From Hyphochytrium catenoides (lineage: Eukaryota > Protista > Hyphochytriomycota), in assembly GCA_900088475.1 (NCBI GenBank), contig FLMG01001764.1, positions 1 through 38,434 of the forward strand: 38,434 bases of DNA, written 5' to 3'. This document shows positions 10,056 to 22,477 of the stretch, one piece after another. The notes beneath the pieces were generated by a model, which worked only from the letters and a program-made list of their open reading frames with translations, did no database searches and had not been told where the DNA came from. Within the stretch, counting starts at the first letter, position 1, and each line of letters opens with the position of its first letter. The position numbers and the translations under genes are program-made.

Positions 10056-13000
10056 TCAGAGAGACGGCAGCTGCAGTTGCGTCCGTGGAGAAGAGCTTTC
10101 TCCCTTCTTCGTTGCCCGTCCGCCACTGCCTCGAGGCATTATCTTCGGAAGAAGTTTGCTGTTGGATAGAGCGAGAGGGGTAGATAGCCGGTAGCTCACT
10201 GGTTGAGCAGACGGAGCTATGACGATGGACCGCTGTCTGTGCTGTATGTCCTCTCCTAGCACGAGCTCTTGACTGGTGCTGCCAACAGAGACGCAAGAGT
10301 CGTCATCTGAAAGGACGTAGGGTCCTTTCTCCTCCCTGCTCCCTTGTCCCTTTTGCTCTTCCTTCTCCCTTTTCTGCTCGCTCTGTGGCTCATAGTCTTC
10401 CTTTCCATTCTTTATTCGCTCCGCCTCCTCAAGAAGAAGAGAATGGCGGCTTTTCTGCTTAGCCCTGATCAAGGCTTCAGGTACCCAGGAGGCCGTGATG
10501 CGATACGAAGCTTCAATGTCTCTGTCATTAAAGAGAGAGAAGAAGTACATCTCACTGCTTGAGTCTCCCTTCCGCTCCGCCGGAGTGATCACAAGCTTCT
10601 CAGTGCTGTATGACATATACAAGCGCCGCAGAGAGAAAGATGGTCAAAATATGTGCACTCAGAGGACCTCCAACACAAGGAAGAGTGACAGATAAGGGAG
10701 AACAAGCTCCAACCAAGAGGAAAGAGTGACGCAGGGGTGAAGATCTTCATATGCTAATAACAAGCAGGCGCAGCAAGGGACAGACGAACTTCCACCATAA
10801 AGGGCAAGGTTAAAGCAAAGAAGACAGCGTGCAAACACAGGGAACTGAGAGGGTAGACTCCACCGCGTGAGGAACTGAAGCGAGTGACAGGCCAACAATG
10901 AGAAGCTATGCTAGACCTGATAGACTTCCACTCATGGTCCAGGCGCGATGGGATAACTCTTCGGCTAGCGTAGAACTCATAGTCCCGATGGCTGAACTGT
11001 AGCTGCACCGTGATGAAAGTCCTCGGCTCATGAACCTCAAGAGAAAAGGAGGCGGATCCTTTCCCTGGAATAGAGCCTTCAAGAGGTTGCCGGTCATTAA
11101 GCTCTAGGAGAGTCTCTCCGGTCCACGTCTCAAACTTTCTTTTGAGACGATCTCGTCTCCATGAGTTTTTGTCACCGCTATGAGAGCTACTATCGACCTC
11201 GTTACGAGGAGAAGCATCGGAGCAAACGAACCTTTGAGGGCTGGACTTTGAAGGGGAAGCAAGAGAGCTCACACTGTCTCTCATTCTCTCTTCTAACCGC
11301 CTCACCACCTCTCCTACTGCCTCCACCTTTGTTTTAGGGACACTGCTCAGCTCTTCCTGTCTTTCCGGTCTCCCACTCTCCACGCCTTCACGGCTTGGCT
11401 CCTCTAGGACCTTGCGAAACACTTCTCTTTTCGTCTTCTCAAAGAATGTCTGCCAGGGGAGAGAGGACTCAACGAAAAGAGGATTTGCTCTTTTGATGAG
11501 TTCATCCGTGCCTCCCATGGTATAGAGGTGCTCTAGCCTGTTATAGTCAATCGAGTTCTCTGGCACTGTCTGGAACCTCTTCTGGGGCCTGATGGAATGA
11601 GAAGAGCAAGTAGTATGAGACAGAGTAACGAAGGGGGAAAAGGGCTACCAGGAGATAGATAACCTGAGGGACAGTAGTTGCAACTTTGGGGCGAGGAAGA
11701 GACAGAGAGGAAGACCGAAGCACGAGAGACGAAAGATGTTGACAGCCTGATCCTGGAAGTAAAGGGTATAAAAGAGCTTGTGGGGAGTGCCAAGGAGCTG
11801 GATGGGGCTGGGGAAGTCACCTTTTTGGAGCGCCATTCTTCTTCTTTGTTCTCCATACTTCTTTCTCTTCTTCACTATCCCAAGGCGCATTGTCATCATC
11901 TTCCTCTTCACCAGCTACTCCAGGCTTCCATCCTGGAGCGCCTCCTCTGAGCTTTGTGATAAAAAGATCTGGAGAAAGTTCAATGTCGTCCGTAAAGTTG
12001 AAGCCAGAGAGGAATGGCTTCCTCTCCATGGGAAGAGGAGCTCCTCTGGTAACCGGAGGCGGCTTCTTCACTGAAGCGGGAGACGCAGCTTCTCCCTCTG
12101 CATCTTCAGGCGGTATTTCTCCATCCTCTTCTTGCCTTCTCTCTTCTACCACTGAGACATGGAGATCAGGAGAGTCCACATCCGGTACGGATGAGGGAAC
12201 AGGATATTGAAGCGACTCTTCGCTGTGCTCTGATGATGGAGACGGGGTTACCTCCTGGTACGGTATCGCTCCATCCTCTTTGACTGGCTCCTCATGAATA
12301 GAGACTGCCAGCTCTTCGTGCACCTGGTTGACCAGGAAAGGGAGTCAAGGGTAAGGAAAGTATTGGCAACAAATACGTAAAGGTAACGAAAGGGAAGACA
12401 GGAGCATTCTTTCAGGCCGTAACCACAGGTTAGGAAGAGGGAGATGGGCGGCCATGAGACAAAGTAGCGGAAGTACGGGAATAACAATCCAATAGAGGTG
12501 TGACATCTGCCGCTCGTACCATTTGTGAATCCTCAGCTTGAACTGGCTCCGTGCTGAGAGTGGAGACGCTCTGATCGGTAGGAGCGATGGTCTCATTTCC
12601 AGCAGGAGCTGGTGCTTCATCCTGAAGAAGCGGAGCAATGCTCTGGTCCATAGAGGGAGAGGGAAGATTTTCGTCGTTCTCATATCTCTCCTCTGACGTT
12701 AAAGCAACTTCCTGCGCCAAAATCGAACCTCTGTCTAGACTTTCGTCTTCGTCTTGGCTTAGAGATGAGTCATCTTCCTCATGTGACCCTTGCTCTTCCT
12801 CTTCCTCATCTTCCACATCTTCCTCGGTGAGTGAGTCCGCTTGATGTTCTTCTGTAAGATCATCTTCCTCCTCGACGCCCAGCTCCACCGATTCCTCTTG
12901 TTCGTTCTCACCTAGCGCAACGAAGTCATCTCCTACAGTTATCTCTTCTTTCTCTTGTAGGTCCAGAGATTCTCTGCCTTCTTGGGCCGACTTCCTCTCA

Positions 13001-16000
13001 CGCACCTTGTTTCCTTTGACTGAGGACGCTATACTTCTCAGCTCCTGTCCATAAATAGATAGTTTCTGCTGTCTTTTATCTCTGTCTCCTTTTAGACTCC
13101 TAGATCTAACGGGGACCACATTGTTTGGCTTCGGAATATGTCTCTTCGGTCTCTTTCTTCGGTCCCCAGCTCTTTGGGGGCTCGTTGTATCTAACTTTGG
13201 CTTCACACTCCTGCGCTTGAAGAATGAGTACGCTCGGCGTATCTCCGCCAAATGTTTCTCTTCTTCCTCTAAACTCAGACCTCTCTGTCCTGCTGTCACA
13301 CCCATTAGCTGCAGGTCTTGCTCTCCAGCGCGCTCTGCTCCCTGCTGCTGGTCTCCTGTGTCCAATGTATTTGGGTTTCGGCTGGACACTGATCCAACTA
13401 ATCGAGAGGGATCAAGGACATCCGTTCGAGAGAGGAAAGAGGATTCTTTGTCCTGGTCCAACGTAGAGAGGCTCCCGTCCTTTGCCCCCTTTCCTTTCGC
13501 TTTCTCTAAATCTTCCGGCTGACCCTTCACCGAAAGCACATCGGGGAGCTGTGGGATGACCAGATGAAGTGGAGCTGGGGACTTAGCCTCATCCTCTCTT
13601 CTCCCCTTCTCTCTCAAAAGGTCCAAAGAGAAGGCCGAAGCTGAAGAAGAAGGAAGAGGAGTTCCGGGAGGAGAGGAAAGGGCCAGGGCACTTCTCTGCT
13701 GCTCCAGCGCTACCTTAGCCTCTGCGGGTGTAAGGAGCTGGGCTTTGGAGACAACCAAGTATCCGGAGGAATGGATGTTCTGAGCCCCTTCTCGTCTATC
13801 CTCTGAGCCATCTTGTTTCCTCTCTTCAATTCTGTCTCCATCTCGTGCCTCATTGTCTTCTTTAGGGACAGTGCCCGTCAAGTCCAAAGTCCCTGCCATA
13901 TCAATGTGCTGGATAGAAGGAAGGCGGTGTTCTCTCTTTCCCTCCGGAAGAGGAGCTAAATAGGTCTGTACATAGTCGCCAATGTATCTCTGCTGTTGCT
14001 TTGTCACGACATAGTCATAGTCTCGGGCACAAAGTGCAATTCTCTCAAAGGGAAGAACCTCCCTCTCCCGTACTAGGTGGACGTAGAGTACTGCCCATAA
14101 GTCTAGGTAGCAGATGGCAGAGCTTTCTAGCTGATCAGAAAACCATTCGCAGAGGAGACAAAGCTCTTCTTGTCTTGCTTTCAGGGAGATGCCCCAAAGC
14201 CTCTGCGCCTGTGCATAGAGGACTCCGCAGAAGAGAGAAAGCTTGACACATCCTGTTCTGTCCTCATCAACTTCAAGAAAGGCATGAAGCAGACTCCTGA
14301 TCTTCTCTAGGATTTGGCTATGGTCTTTACGTACTTTTTCCTCGTTCCCCTTCTGCTCGTCTTCAGTCTCTTGGCCTCTCTCAAAAGGAGCGTCAAAGAG
14401 CTGATATGCTGCTTCTTGTGCCATCACTCTAAATCTGAGCCACTCGGCAAGGTAGGAGAGAGAGTAGGCATCCAAGTCAACTGCAAAGCGCACAGAGTTT
14501 GTCTCCGCGAGAGCGGATGCCTTCTCCTTTAAACTGGAGACAAAAAACGGCGTGCCCACTTTCCACTCCAGAAGCTTCTTCAAGAGGACATCGACATTTC
14601 TCAGACTAGCGTGCTGAAAAAAGAGGTAATCAGAGAAGGCGATCGGTGAGCATGGAGACAGAGAAACCAAGATCCATTAAAAGAACGCCCTAGTGAAGGG
14701 CTAGACTGCATAAAAGAGAGCAGAGTAGGTGAATTAGACGTCAGATTTGTCTCTCGCTGCACACGAAAGCAATCAGAGGCCCCAGAGCTGTGAAGCAGAT
14801 AATGAACTCAGAGAGTTGGACGGAGAGAATAGAGGCTGGACCGACGCACAATGGAGAAACCTGAGTGAGAGCGTTTATCCTATGTTTTCCTACTTACCGA
14901 GGTCTTCGTAGTGGCTGGCGCAGATGACCAGTGTTCATACACAGGTCCTTCTATGAGCAGATCCAAAGATCGGAAATAGTAGCCAAAGTCCAAGTAAGCG
15001 CGCAATGCGTCATCATCCACCTTGTGATAGTCCAGCAGAGAGATGAAGCACCCAAAGGTAGCGCAGAGTGGGACATCGTCATACATCAGGATAGAATCAA
15101 AGAGCTGGGTGAGCCTTCTCTGCGCCACCATTCGGTCCCCATACTGGTGAATGAAGTCTTCACAGACCATTTGGACCAACTTCTCCGGAAGAGACGGAGT
15201 CGATGTGGTGAACGGGGAGGGACAAGCAGATGATTTCTGCAGCGTACCATTGCTTTCCTTGTTCGTTTCGCTAGAAAGGGTCAGAGAAGCAGAGGCTGAG
15301 GAAGGTGAACCGCCAGAGGTGCCATTCGCCCTAAGCCTTTGCGTTTTCGTATCCCAGAGCGTAAGATCAGCAAGCATGCGCTGGATGAAGGAGACGACAG
15401 TCTCTATCCCTAATAGAGGAGAGTCTTTTAACCTGACTTTTTCCCGATACCGTCCGCAGTCGTCGCAGTAGTAGCTACTGGCAAGAAACCTGGAGACAGG
15501 AGGTAATAGCAGAAGCATGGTGAGGCCCAAAATATGACCCCTTGTGTACAAGCCATGACGAAGGAGGAGCAAAGCCAGAGACGACGGTTAAAGCCAACAG
15601 TCTCTTTACGGAAGGACGGAAAGACAGGTACAAGGGGAAGAAGAGCACAACGAGAACGAGTGGGAGAGACAGTAAGTACAAGATACACCAATAGACAGAC
15701 AGCAGAGCGACCCGATGGCCAACAAGACAGAGCGCGGGACTGGACGTACACAAATCCACAAGTGCAGTTTGGCTCTAGCATGTAGTACTCCCTTGCCGCC
15801 TTCGCGTACTTCTCTCCTCCCCAGAAGTCGTAGAAAGGCGCTGGGATCTGCGCTACCGGTCTCTCCATAGACATATACTTAGGACGTGAGACCGAGTGCC
15901 GGATAGGGCTCTTCCTCCCAGTCTGACTAGTAAGCATTGGCTTTCTCTTTTCGCCCTGAGTGGCTCGGAAGATAGATGTGACGACATCTTTCCCCGTCAC

Positions 16001-19000
16001 AACCCGAAAAGACGTCTCTAGAACCTCCACCTGCTGGGACGAGCGGACGGGCTCTCCCATGGAGTTGTATGAAACAGTCACGCGAGTGGTGCGCATGGCC
16101 TTTAAACAGAACCGGTCAATGGTCAGGAAGCGGCAAGCTATAGGACCTTTTAACATTTGGAAGGACTTGGAATGCAGACGTGCAATATGCAAGGAAACAA
16201 TAGAATGCCAGCAGGAAAGAGTGGACTGGATCCTATACTAAGATGGAGACAGACGAAATTAATTCTATCGACGGGCGGAGCGGAGTTGGCTTTCGATGGG
16301 GGATATTGTGCTTAGAGGAGAAATGGTGATGGAGAGACACCCTATCGGTATATGCTTGCTCAGAGCGGCAGAGAAAAGAGTGTGTTCTTACTTCATAGGG
16401 GAGATGCTTCCGTCCTTCTCTCTCCTCTGCCTTCGGCGTAGGAGTGAGCTGAGCACCTTGATTGCTCACATCCGCATTAGTCTCATGTCCAGAAACCTGG
16501 GGAGCCTCTGACGGTATCCAGATGATGAGTCCGCAGTTGTCTAATAGGGCCCAGCCGCACTGTATCTCTCTCTTTCACTTTCTGCTGAAGTCCATCGATT
16601 CCCGTCAATATATTTTCTCTCTTTGATGCGATGTGGCATGCATTTAGACCGTCGCACTAACTCCCCTTCCTCGTCTCTTTTTCTCTCTCTCCCTCTCCCC
16701 CTTCTCTTTCACTCTGTCTCTCTCTCTTCTTTTTTTCCTCTCTCCGACCCGGATCTTGTTTAGATTGGGGTCGCGATCGCTAATGCTGATCTCCATCCTC
16801 TGTCTCCCTTACCTTGTTTCAACTCTTGAATGAGCTCGTCNNNNNNNNNNNNNNNNNNNNNNNNNNNNNNNNNNNNNNNNNNNNNNNNNNNNNNNNNNNN
16901 NNTCTACCTCTCCAGACGAGGCATCAGCATAACGGGCGAAGAGATCCTCAAGGTCCGTCTTAACCTGCAAGGAAGAATAGAAAAGGATAAGAATACCAGC
17001 GCTAGACGAAGGTGCTGGCATGCTTCGCATGGCTTTAGAAAAGAGAAGCCAAAAATTAAGTCTGAGGCTAGTGAGGAAGCTATGGGACTTCCATAAAGGA
17101 GTCAAAGGAAACACAGAGGTCTCTCATCTCTCTGACTCACCTCTTTGATTCTTTCACCCGTTACTATCAGACTGTGCGGGAGCGAAGGACCAACCAACGA
17201 CCCTTCCGGAGGAGGAGACAAAGCATCGCTCCTGTCGTTTATAGTCGTCCTTACTACTTCCTTTGAATGTCCAGCAGAGACTATAGGACACGAACGACTC
17301 TGAGCGACCAGTCAGACGAAGTGTGCAATGGGGGTTATAATACCTGTGCTGATAGAGGAATGAGGGAGAGAAACAGAGTGACAAGAGCCCCAAAGCTGTG
17401 CCGGTGACTGCTCGAGAGGAATAGCAACAGGCTCCTGCACGATATTCAGTTTTGCCGCAAGGTCCTTGCTGTTCCCTTCGGTCAATTTTCCTCTTATCTC
17501 GTTCCTGCTGATCAGTATGAGGTTTTCAGAGCCCAAGCAGACAATCTTTTCCACGCTCTGGGCAAAAAAGTAGTACTTCAGCGGGATCAGATCGATCCTC
17601 ACGTCCTCTCGAGAGGAAGAGTAAGAGACAGTGCGGGTCACTCCCCATAGAATGACCTGATGGTCCAAAGAAGAAGAAAGAAAGTAGCTGCGTTGATGGA
17701 GTGGATTGGCCTTCAGTTCCGAAGCCTCGTCAGGAGAGTAGCCGGGGTTATGGGGAGTAAAGGGCACAATTGAGGTGACGTGGTCCGAGTGCTCTTGAAC
17801 GTAGAGCTTCTTATCTGTTTTTCTCTCTTGATCTTCACTGCCAGAATCAATGGCCCAGACAGCAATCAAACCTCCTGTCAGGCCGCAGACGACCGCCGGC
17901 GGAGAAGGTAATGCGATAAAGCAGGAAAGAGAGGAGGCACTTCTAATCAGACTGCGTGAATCAATGCCAGAAGTGGAAGGAGACGGGTGACCCTTTCCAG
18001 TGTCCATGAATGTTTTCTTCAACACGTTGTACGTAGCAGCGCAAAGAACATGAATGAAGCCGTCGCTTCCAGCCGTCACAAGCACTCTCCTCTCTCCAGT
18101 TCGAACCTCTTCTTCAGTTATCTGTGAAGCGCAAAAGCCATAGGGCGAAGATGACGGGGAAGAGCCTGGGCATCTTAGATTACATAGCTGCATCCCGATT
18201 ATGGAAGCGCCATGCAGCCTCCAACACTTAGAGAGGTGCGGAGGGGCAGAAGCGGGCAAGCTCCAGACGTAGACGATGCCTTCGCTTGTCCCTGCCACGA
18301 TGTGATAGTTTGAAAGTGAAGAAGGATATAGAGTTGGCTCCCGCTCTTTACGATAACTTCCTTCCTTAGTCCTCCGTGGCAGTTTGCCACCCCAAGGAGC
18401 AGCGACTTCCTCCTTAGGAGCTACGTTACTTACTAAGTGCTCACTTGCTTGCTGCAGCGAAGTGAGTGCGGACGGAGGGATGAGACAAAGAGAGGATATC
18501 GATGCTGTGGCTTCGGGATGTTGAAGTCTGCAGCTGGGATGTTCCCCATTTGCATCTATTACGTCGATTTGCCCGTTCTCCCAACCTACTATGAAGCATG
18601 AACAAGAAGGGTCGTAGTGAAGAGAGGTTGTCCTCAACTGAGAGGACGCTGGCCTCTCCCCTCCCGTAGCTAGAGAGGAAGAAGGAGATGAGCCAAAAGG
18701 GTAGACAGAGAACATTCTGAAGCCTGCTGGCCCTCCCGTCGTAGAAACAAGGGCGCCAGAGGAGGTGATGGCTGTTCCAGCCTTATAAATAGTTGGAAAC
18801 CTCTCCTTCAGTTTATGAAAGGATTCTTCGAGGGTCTTAATGTCTGCCACCGTACTCGAAGAGAGAGAGACAATAGCTTCCTTCGGATTGTTTGGGGTGA
18901 AGTCCTCCTGCCCAGCTCCGCTGCTTTCTGCTTGGCCGGTGGACTGTCCTTTGGGGCGATCCACGGCATAGAAATGCATCTGGTTATCGTCAGTGAGCAT

Positions 19001-21114
19001 TACCATTCTTCCAATATATTTCTTTTGCCCCTCTTGCTTCCCGGGTTCGTCTCTCTCTTGAAACTCATAAAGAGACTGAATTGAAGCAGGCGAAGAGTCA
19101 AACGTGTGACACCTCGTTCTGATCCTAAACGTAGATATAGAATCAACCGCTACAACGATAAGGGCGGGGGCATTGCAATCTTTTGATGCCAGCTTGGCAT
19201 CTACGAGAAAACGTGCCCAAATTGGCCCAGAAAAAGAGAGGACAGGTGATGACGAAGCAGAAAGTCCTCCGGGGCAGGCCAAGTTGATTTCTCCCAAAAG
19301 TTCCCAGCTTTCATAGTTCCACTGACGGACATAGCCATCCTCTCCTGCCGTGAATAGGCTGCTGGAGGAGAGCTTGGCATTGCCGACATACCTGGGAAGA
19401 AGGGGACAGCAGAGACAGCCGCGCGAGGAGAAGTAAATAAGAGTTAATTAGGGGCATCTGGGAGAGAAGAAGTGCTTGCATCCCAGGATGGGAATAGAGA
19501 GTATCTGAACAAAGTTTAGAGAGGGAAAAAGGGGTCATAGTCCCCTTTCGAAAGATGTGTTAAGAGAAGAGTAGCTCTACGAGGAGTCACTCAAAATAGA
19601 AAAATGACGAGGAGCAATAAGTCCGTAGCCAGGTGCAGGTCCTACAATGCAGAGATCCTGCCTTCATGAAGCTGCTTCTTCTGATGCGACACACGGCCCA
19701 GTGCAGCCTCTTCTGCTGTCATCTTGGGAGCCCGCTCATCCCAGATGCGCACAATACCGCGCTCATGGCCGGTGATTACCTTACTAATTCCAGGAAGAAA
19801 ACATAGAGTCGTCACTTTTCCTCCTAGAAAGTTCTCAAAGCAATGAGAGAGAGAAAGGGTGGCCAGGGACCAGATCCAAATGTTAGCTCCATCTTCTGTA
19901 CAGCCAATTACCACGTTCCGCCTGCTATTGAGGTGAAGGAGCCCGACAGGGCGGTCGTGACCCATCAAAGTCCCTACCAAGGTAAGAGAGAGCGGAAGCG
20001 CCTTTCCTCCCAATCCTTCCGCCCCTACCTCTCCCCCTTGCCCTGCATCAGCGTCTGCCGCAGAGCTGGTGTCGCTAGGTATCGAGAACTTCCAGACTTT
20101 AATGACGGAGTCAAGCATGTCAGGGCGCCCTAGTCCAATCCTGTCCGCCGGAAAAGGCTCAGTCTTATCTATCTCTCCCCCTTTATCACTGCCACATGTT
20201 ATGAGACAAGAGTGCGAATCATCATAGGCTGCGCACTGAGTGTAGGACTTATGCAGGCGAATAATAGCAGCAGGCTGAAGAGAAGGGAGAAGCAGCCTTG
20301 CTGTCCCAGCATCCTGAGGTCGAGCCCCTTCCAGTGCTTGGGTCACTACTTCAACAGTGCCGCTAACTTCTTCGAGTGCCTCTCTTTCTTCAGTCCAAGT
20401 GTCTCCTCGTTCTTTCCCCCCAAAAGTAATGAGATAGCGGTCCAAGGCAGACACGTAGGAAGCTTGAATAACTCTGGTCCGCGCGACTCCTCGCTCGCTG
20501 AGAGGAACTCTTGCAATCTCTTTCTGAGACGAACTTAGAAGTAGGGCAGCAAGAAATAGTTCAGAGAGATATAGAGACTAAAGCCAGAAACCATCATCAA
20601 AGGGAACGGATCGGGTATAGACTAGAGGCCAAGGGAAAATTAGCTGAGTCGTGAGAAGGAGCAAAAGAATGGAAGAGACTTCAGATAAGCAGCGGAAGGT
20701 TGTGGGCTGTGGTCAGACTTAAACTTTCATCTTCGACTTTCGACTATAAAAAATGTGGCGCTGGTTCGGACTGTGCCGGCTGATACTGTAAGGAGAGTTA
20801 ATGAAGAGAAAGAGTGTGCTTACAAGAGCTTGAAACAGGCTTGGTCTGCCAGCAAGGTGGCATGTCGCCGCCAGTCGTAAGCGAAAGCATCCGTTCGGAA
20901 AGGTGCGACTCCCAAAGGGATTCGATATGCAAGCTCCAGGGAGCAAAACTGATGACTCCCTTGGCCTTCTTCCTCTGTGGACAGTTTTAATGTCTCCTCC
21001 ACTCTCGCCCGCTATAATGCAGACCTAAGACCTTTGACTATTGAACCTGTAGCGTAGAGAAGTGGCACTTACCCCTTGGCTACCAGCCTCAACGTCCGAG
21101 GTATCCTCTTCCAT
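10056..21114 (-). CDS. Very large WD40-repeat protein with EF-hand-like motifs and an acidic low-complexity C-terminal half (~2,800 aa)
   Basis: The model joins MEEDTSDVEAGSQG (ATG 21114) | RARVEE..ACFKL | FSSQKK..HEGRISAL | YVGN..FTAGEDGYVRQWN.. and the ORFs 19297-17312, 17114-16809, 16192-15428, 15572-14880, 14670-12430, 12323-11817, 11566-10754 and 10622-10056. Most joins use phase-compatible GT-AG sites. WD40 signatures: GHDRPV..IWIWS, ITGHERGIVRIWD, AGTSEGIVYVWS, TAGSDGFIHV, EHSDHVTSI..SSSLDHQVILW. EF-hand-like motif: AFLEVDEDRTGCVKLSLF. The junction near 14897-14613 and the exact ends are unresolved. Confidence 0.7.
16841..16902. other. Assembly gap (N-run) inside a coding exon
   Basis: The run of N interrupts an EF-hand-like exon (DLFARYADASSGEV..DELIQELKQ). 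The stated gap length does not preserve the reading frame, so it is only an estimate. Confidence 0.98.
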
Positions 21115-21889
21115 ATTAGCTGGAAAGGAAAGCTCTTGTCATGCAGCGACCATAGGCACCGGTGCCATTCTTAGTGAAATGAGACTCTCAGTTCTCAACA
21201 CGCTGAAGAAGAAGACCGCAGACTCTCGTATCCCATTTAGCGGACATGCCAGCGAGTGCTGGCACTTCCTTGTGGCTCGCTCCCCAGTACTGCCATGGCG
21301 GCAACTCCAGCACCAGTTAATAAGGTAAGTTTCTCTGCTAATAATTGGCTACATGATGAGCGCCAAGAGGCGCAGTACAGTCGCCGTGATGCTTGCAGAC
21401 CAAGGTAAAGCTTCATCACCATTGATCGCCGATAATCTTCATCAATAAAAGCTTCAGAAGAAATGAGAGCTTTTCGGCCCGCTAATAATTCCCAGCCGTT
21501 ACTCCTCAGAAGGCATCGCACGCCTCCCCCAGGAACTAAACTGCATCAAACCGGAATCAAATGCTAATGATAACTGAACGGGATGTCTCATCGAGACAGA
21601 GGGCTACAAGCGCGAGAGCGAGTGTGGACCTTGAGTGTGTTATCCCAAGCCAAGTGCTAAGCTTATGAGGGTGAGATATTGGCTGTCGTAGAGAGACTGG
21701 GTTTGGAGAGAGAGATCTAGGGATGCTTTGGGGTGGAGTTATTTTGGTGAAAGTACCGAAAGTGCCGGAGGCTCCACATACAGTAATAAGACTATAAGAA
21801 GGCGCCCAAAGAGAGCAGAGAGAAAGAGTGGAACAGAGACGTCAGGGGAGCGAGACAGAGTCGGAGAAAACAAAGCAAGAGGTCAAACA

Positions 21890-21968
21890 GGGTGAGAGAA
21901 AGAGAAAGAGAGTGAAAAAGAGAGACGGAGTACGCGAGCGAGCGTGAGAGAGAGAAAGAGAGAGAGAA

Positions 21969-22006
<38 letters not shown>

Positions 22007-22075
22007 GGAGAGAGAGAGAGAAAGAGAGAAAGGGTAAAGGAGGGAAGGAGAGGAAAGGCAAGAGGAAGAAACACA
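21890..22075 (+). repeat. (GA)n / GAAA polypurine microsatellite
   Basis: Nearly pure purine tract with (GA)n runs, e.g. 21945-22030, between the divergent WD40 and HECT genes. Confidence 0.9.
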
Positions 22076-22477
22076 AAGAACCTTGGTTCACTCTGTCTGC
22101 TGGCGACAGCTGGGAGATGGATGACATCTGATGCGAAAGCAGCAGCAGAAGCTGATGGAAGCTGCTTGACTGTGACCTTCTACATACGCACAAGTCTTTT
22201 CCTGCTGAAGGCACATCCAGCGATAGAAGTATCTGCTGACAGCTCTACGGAAGAGAGGAGAGCAGGACGTAAGGGCAGAAAGAGAGAAAGGTGAGGAAGA
22301 AGAAGATCCACCGCAAGACTTCTCGCCTCTTCACTAAACTTGGTCGGCTTTGAATGCCAGCAACCAGGCGAGGGACGTGATGGCTGCGCTGTTAGTCTGA
22401 CGAAGCTCAGCAGAGCTCAAGAAGGGTGAAATATTGGAATAAGAAAGAGGATATATCTAGTCCCAAAGGGCATCAGC

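Noticed and set aside
21237-21521. 94-aa minus-strand ORF upstream of the WD40 gene
   Set aside because: It has a GTG start and no motif, and I could not build a phase-consistent link to the ATG-21114 exon.
21792-22294. ORFs rich in SL/ER repeats on both strands
   Set aside because: They are translation artefacts of the (GA)n microsatellite.
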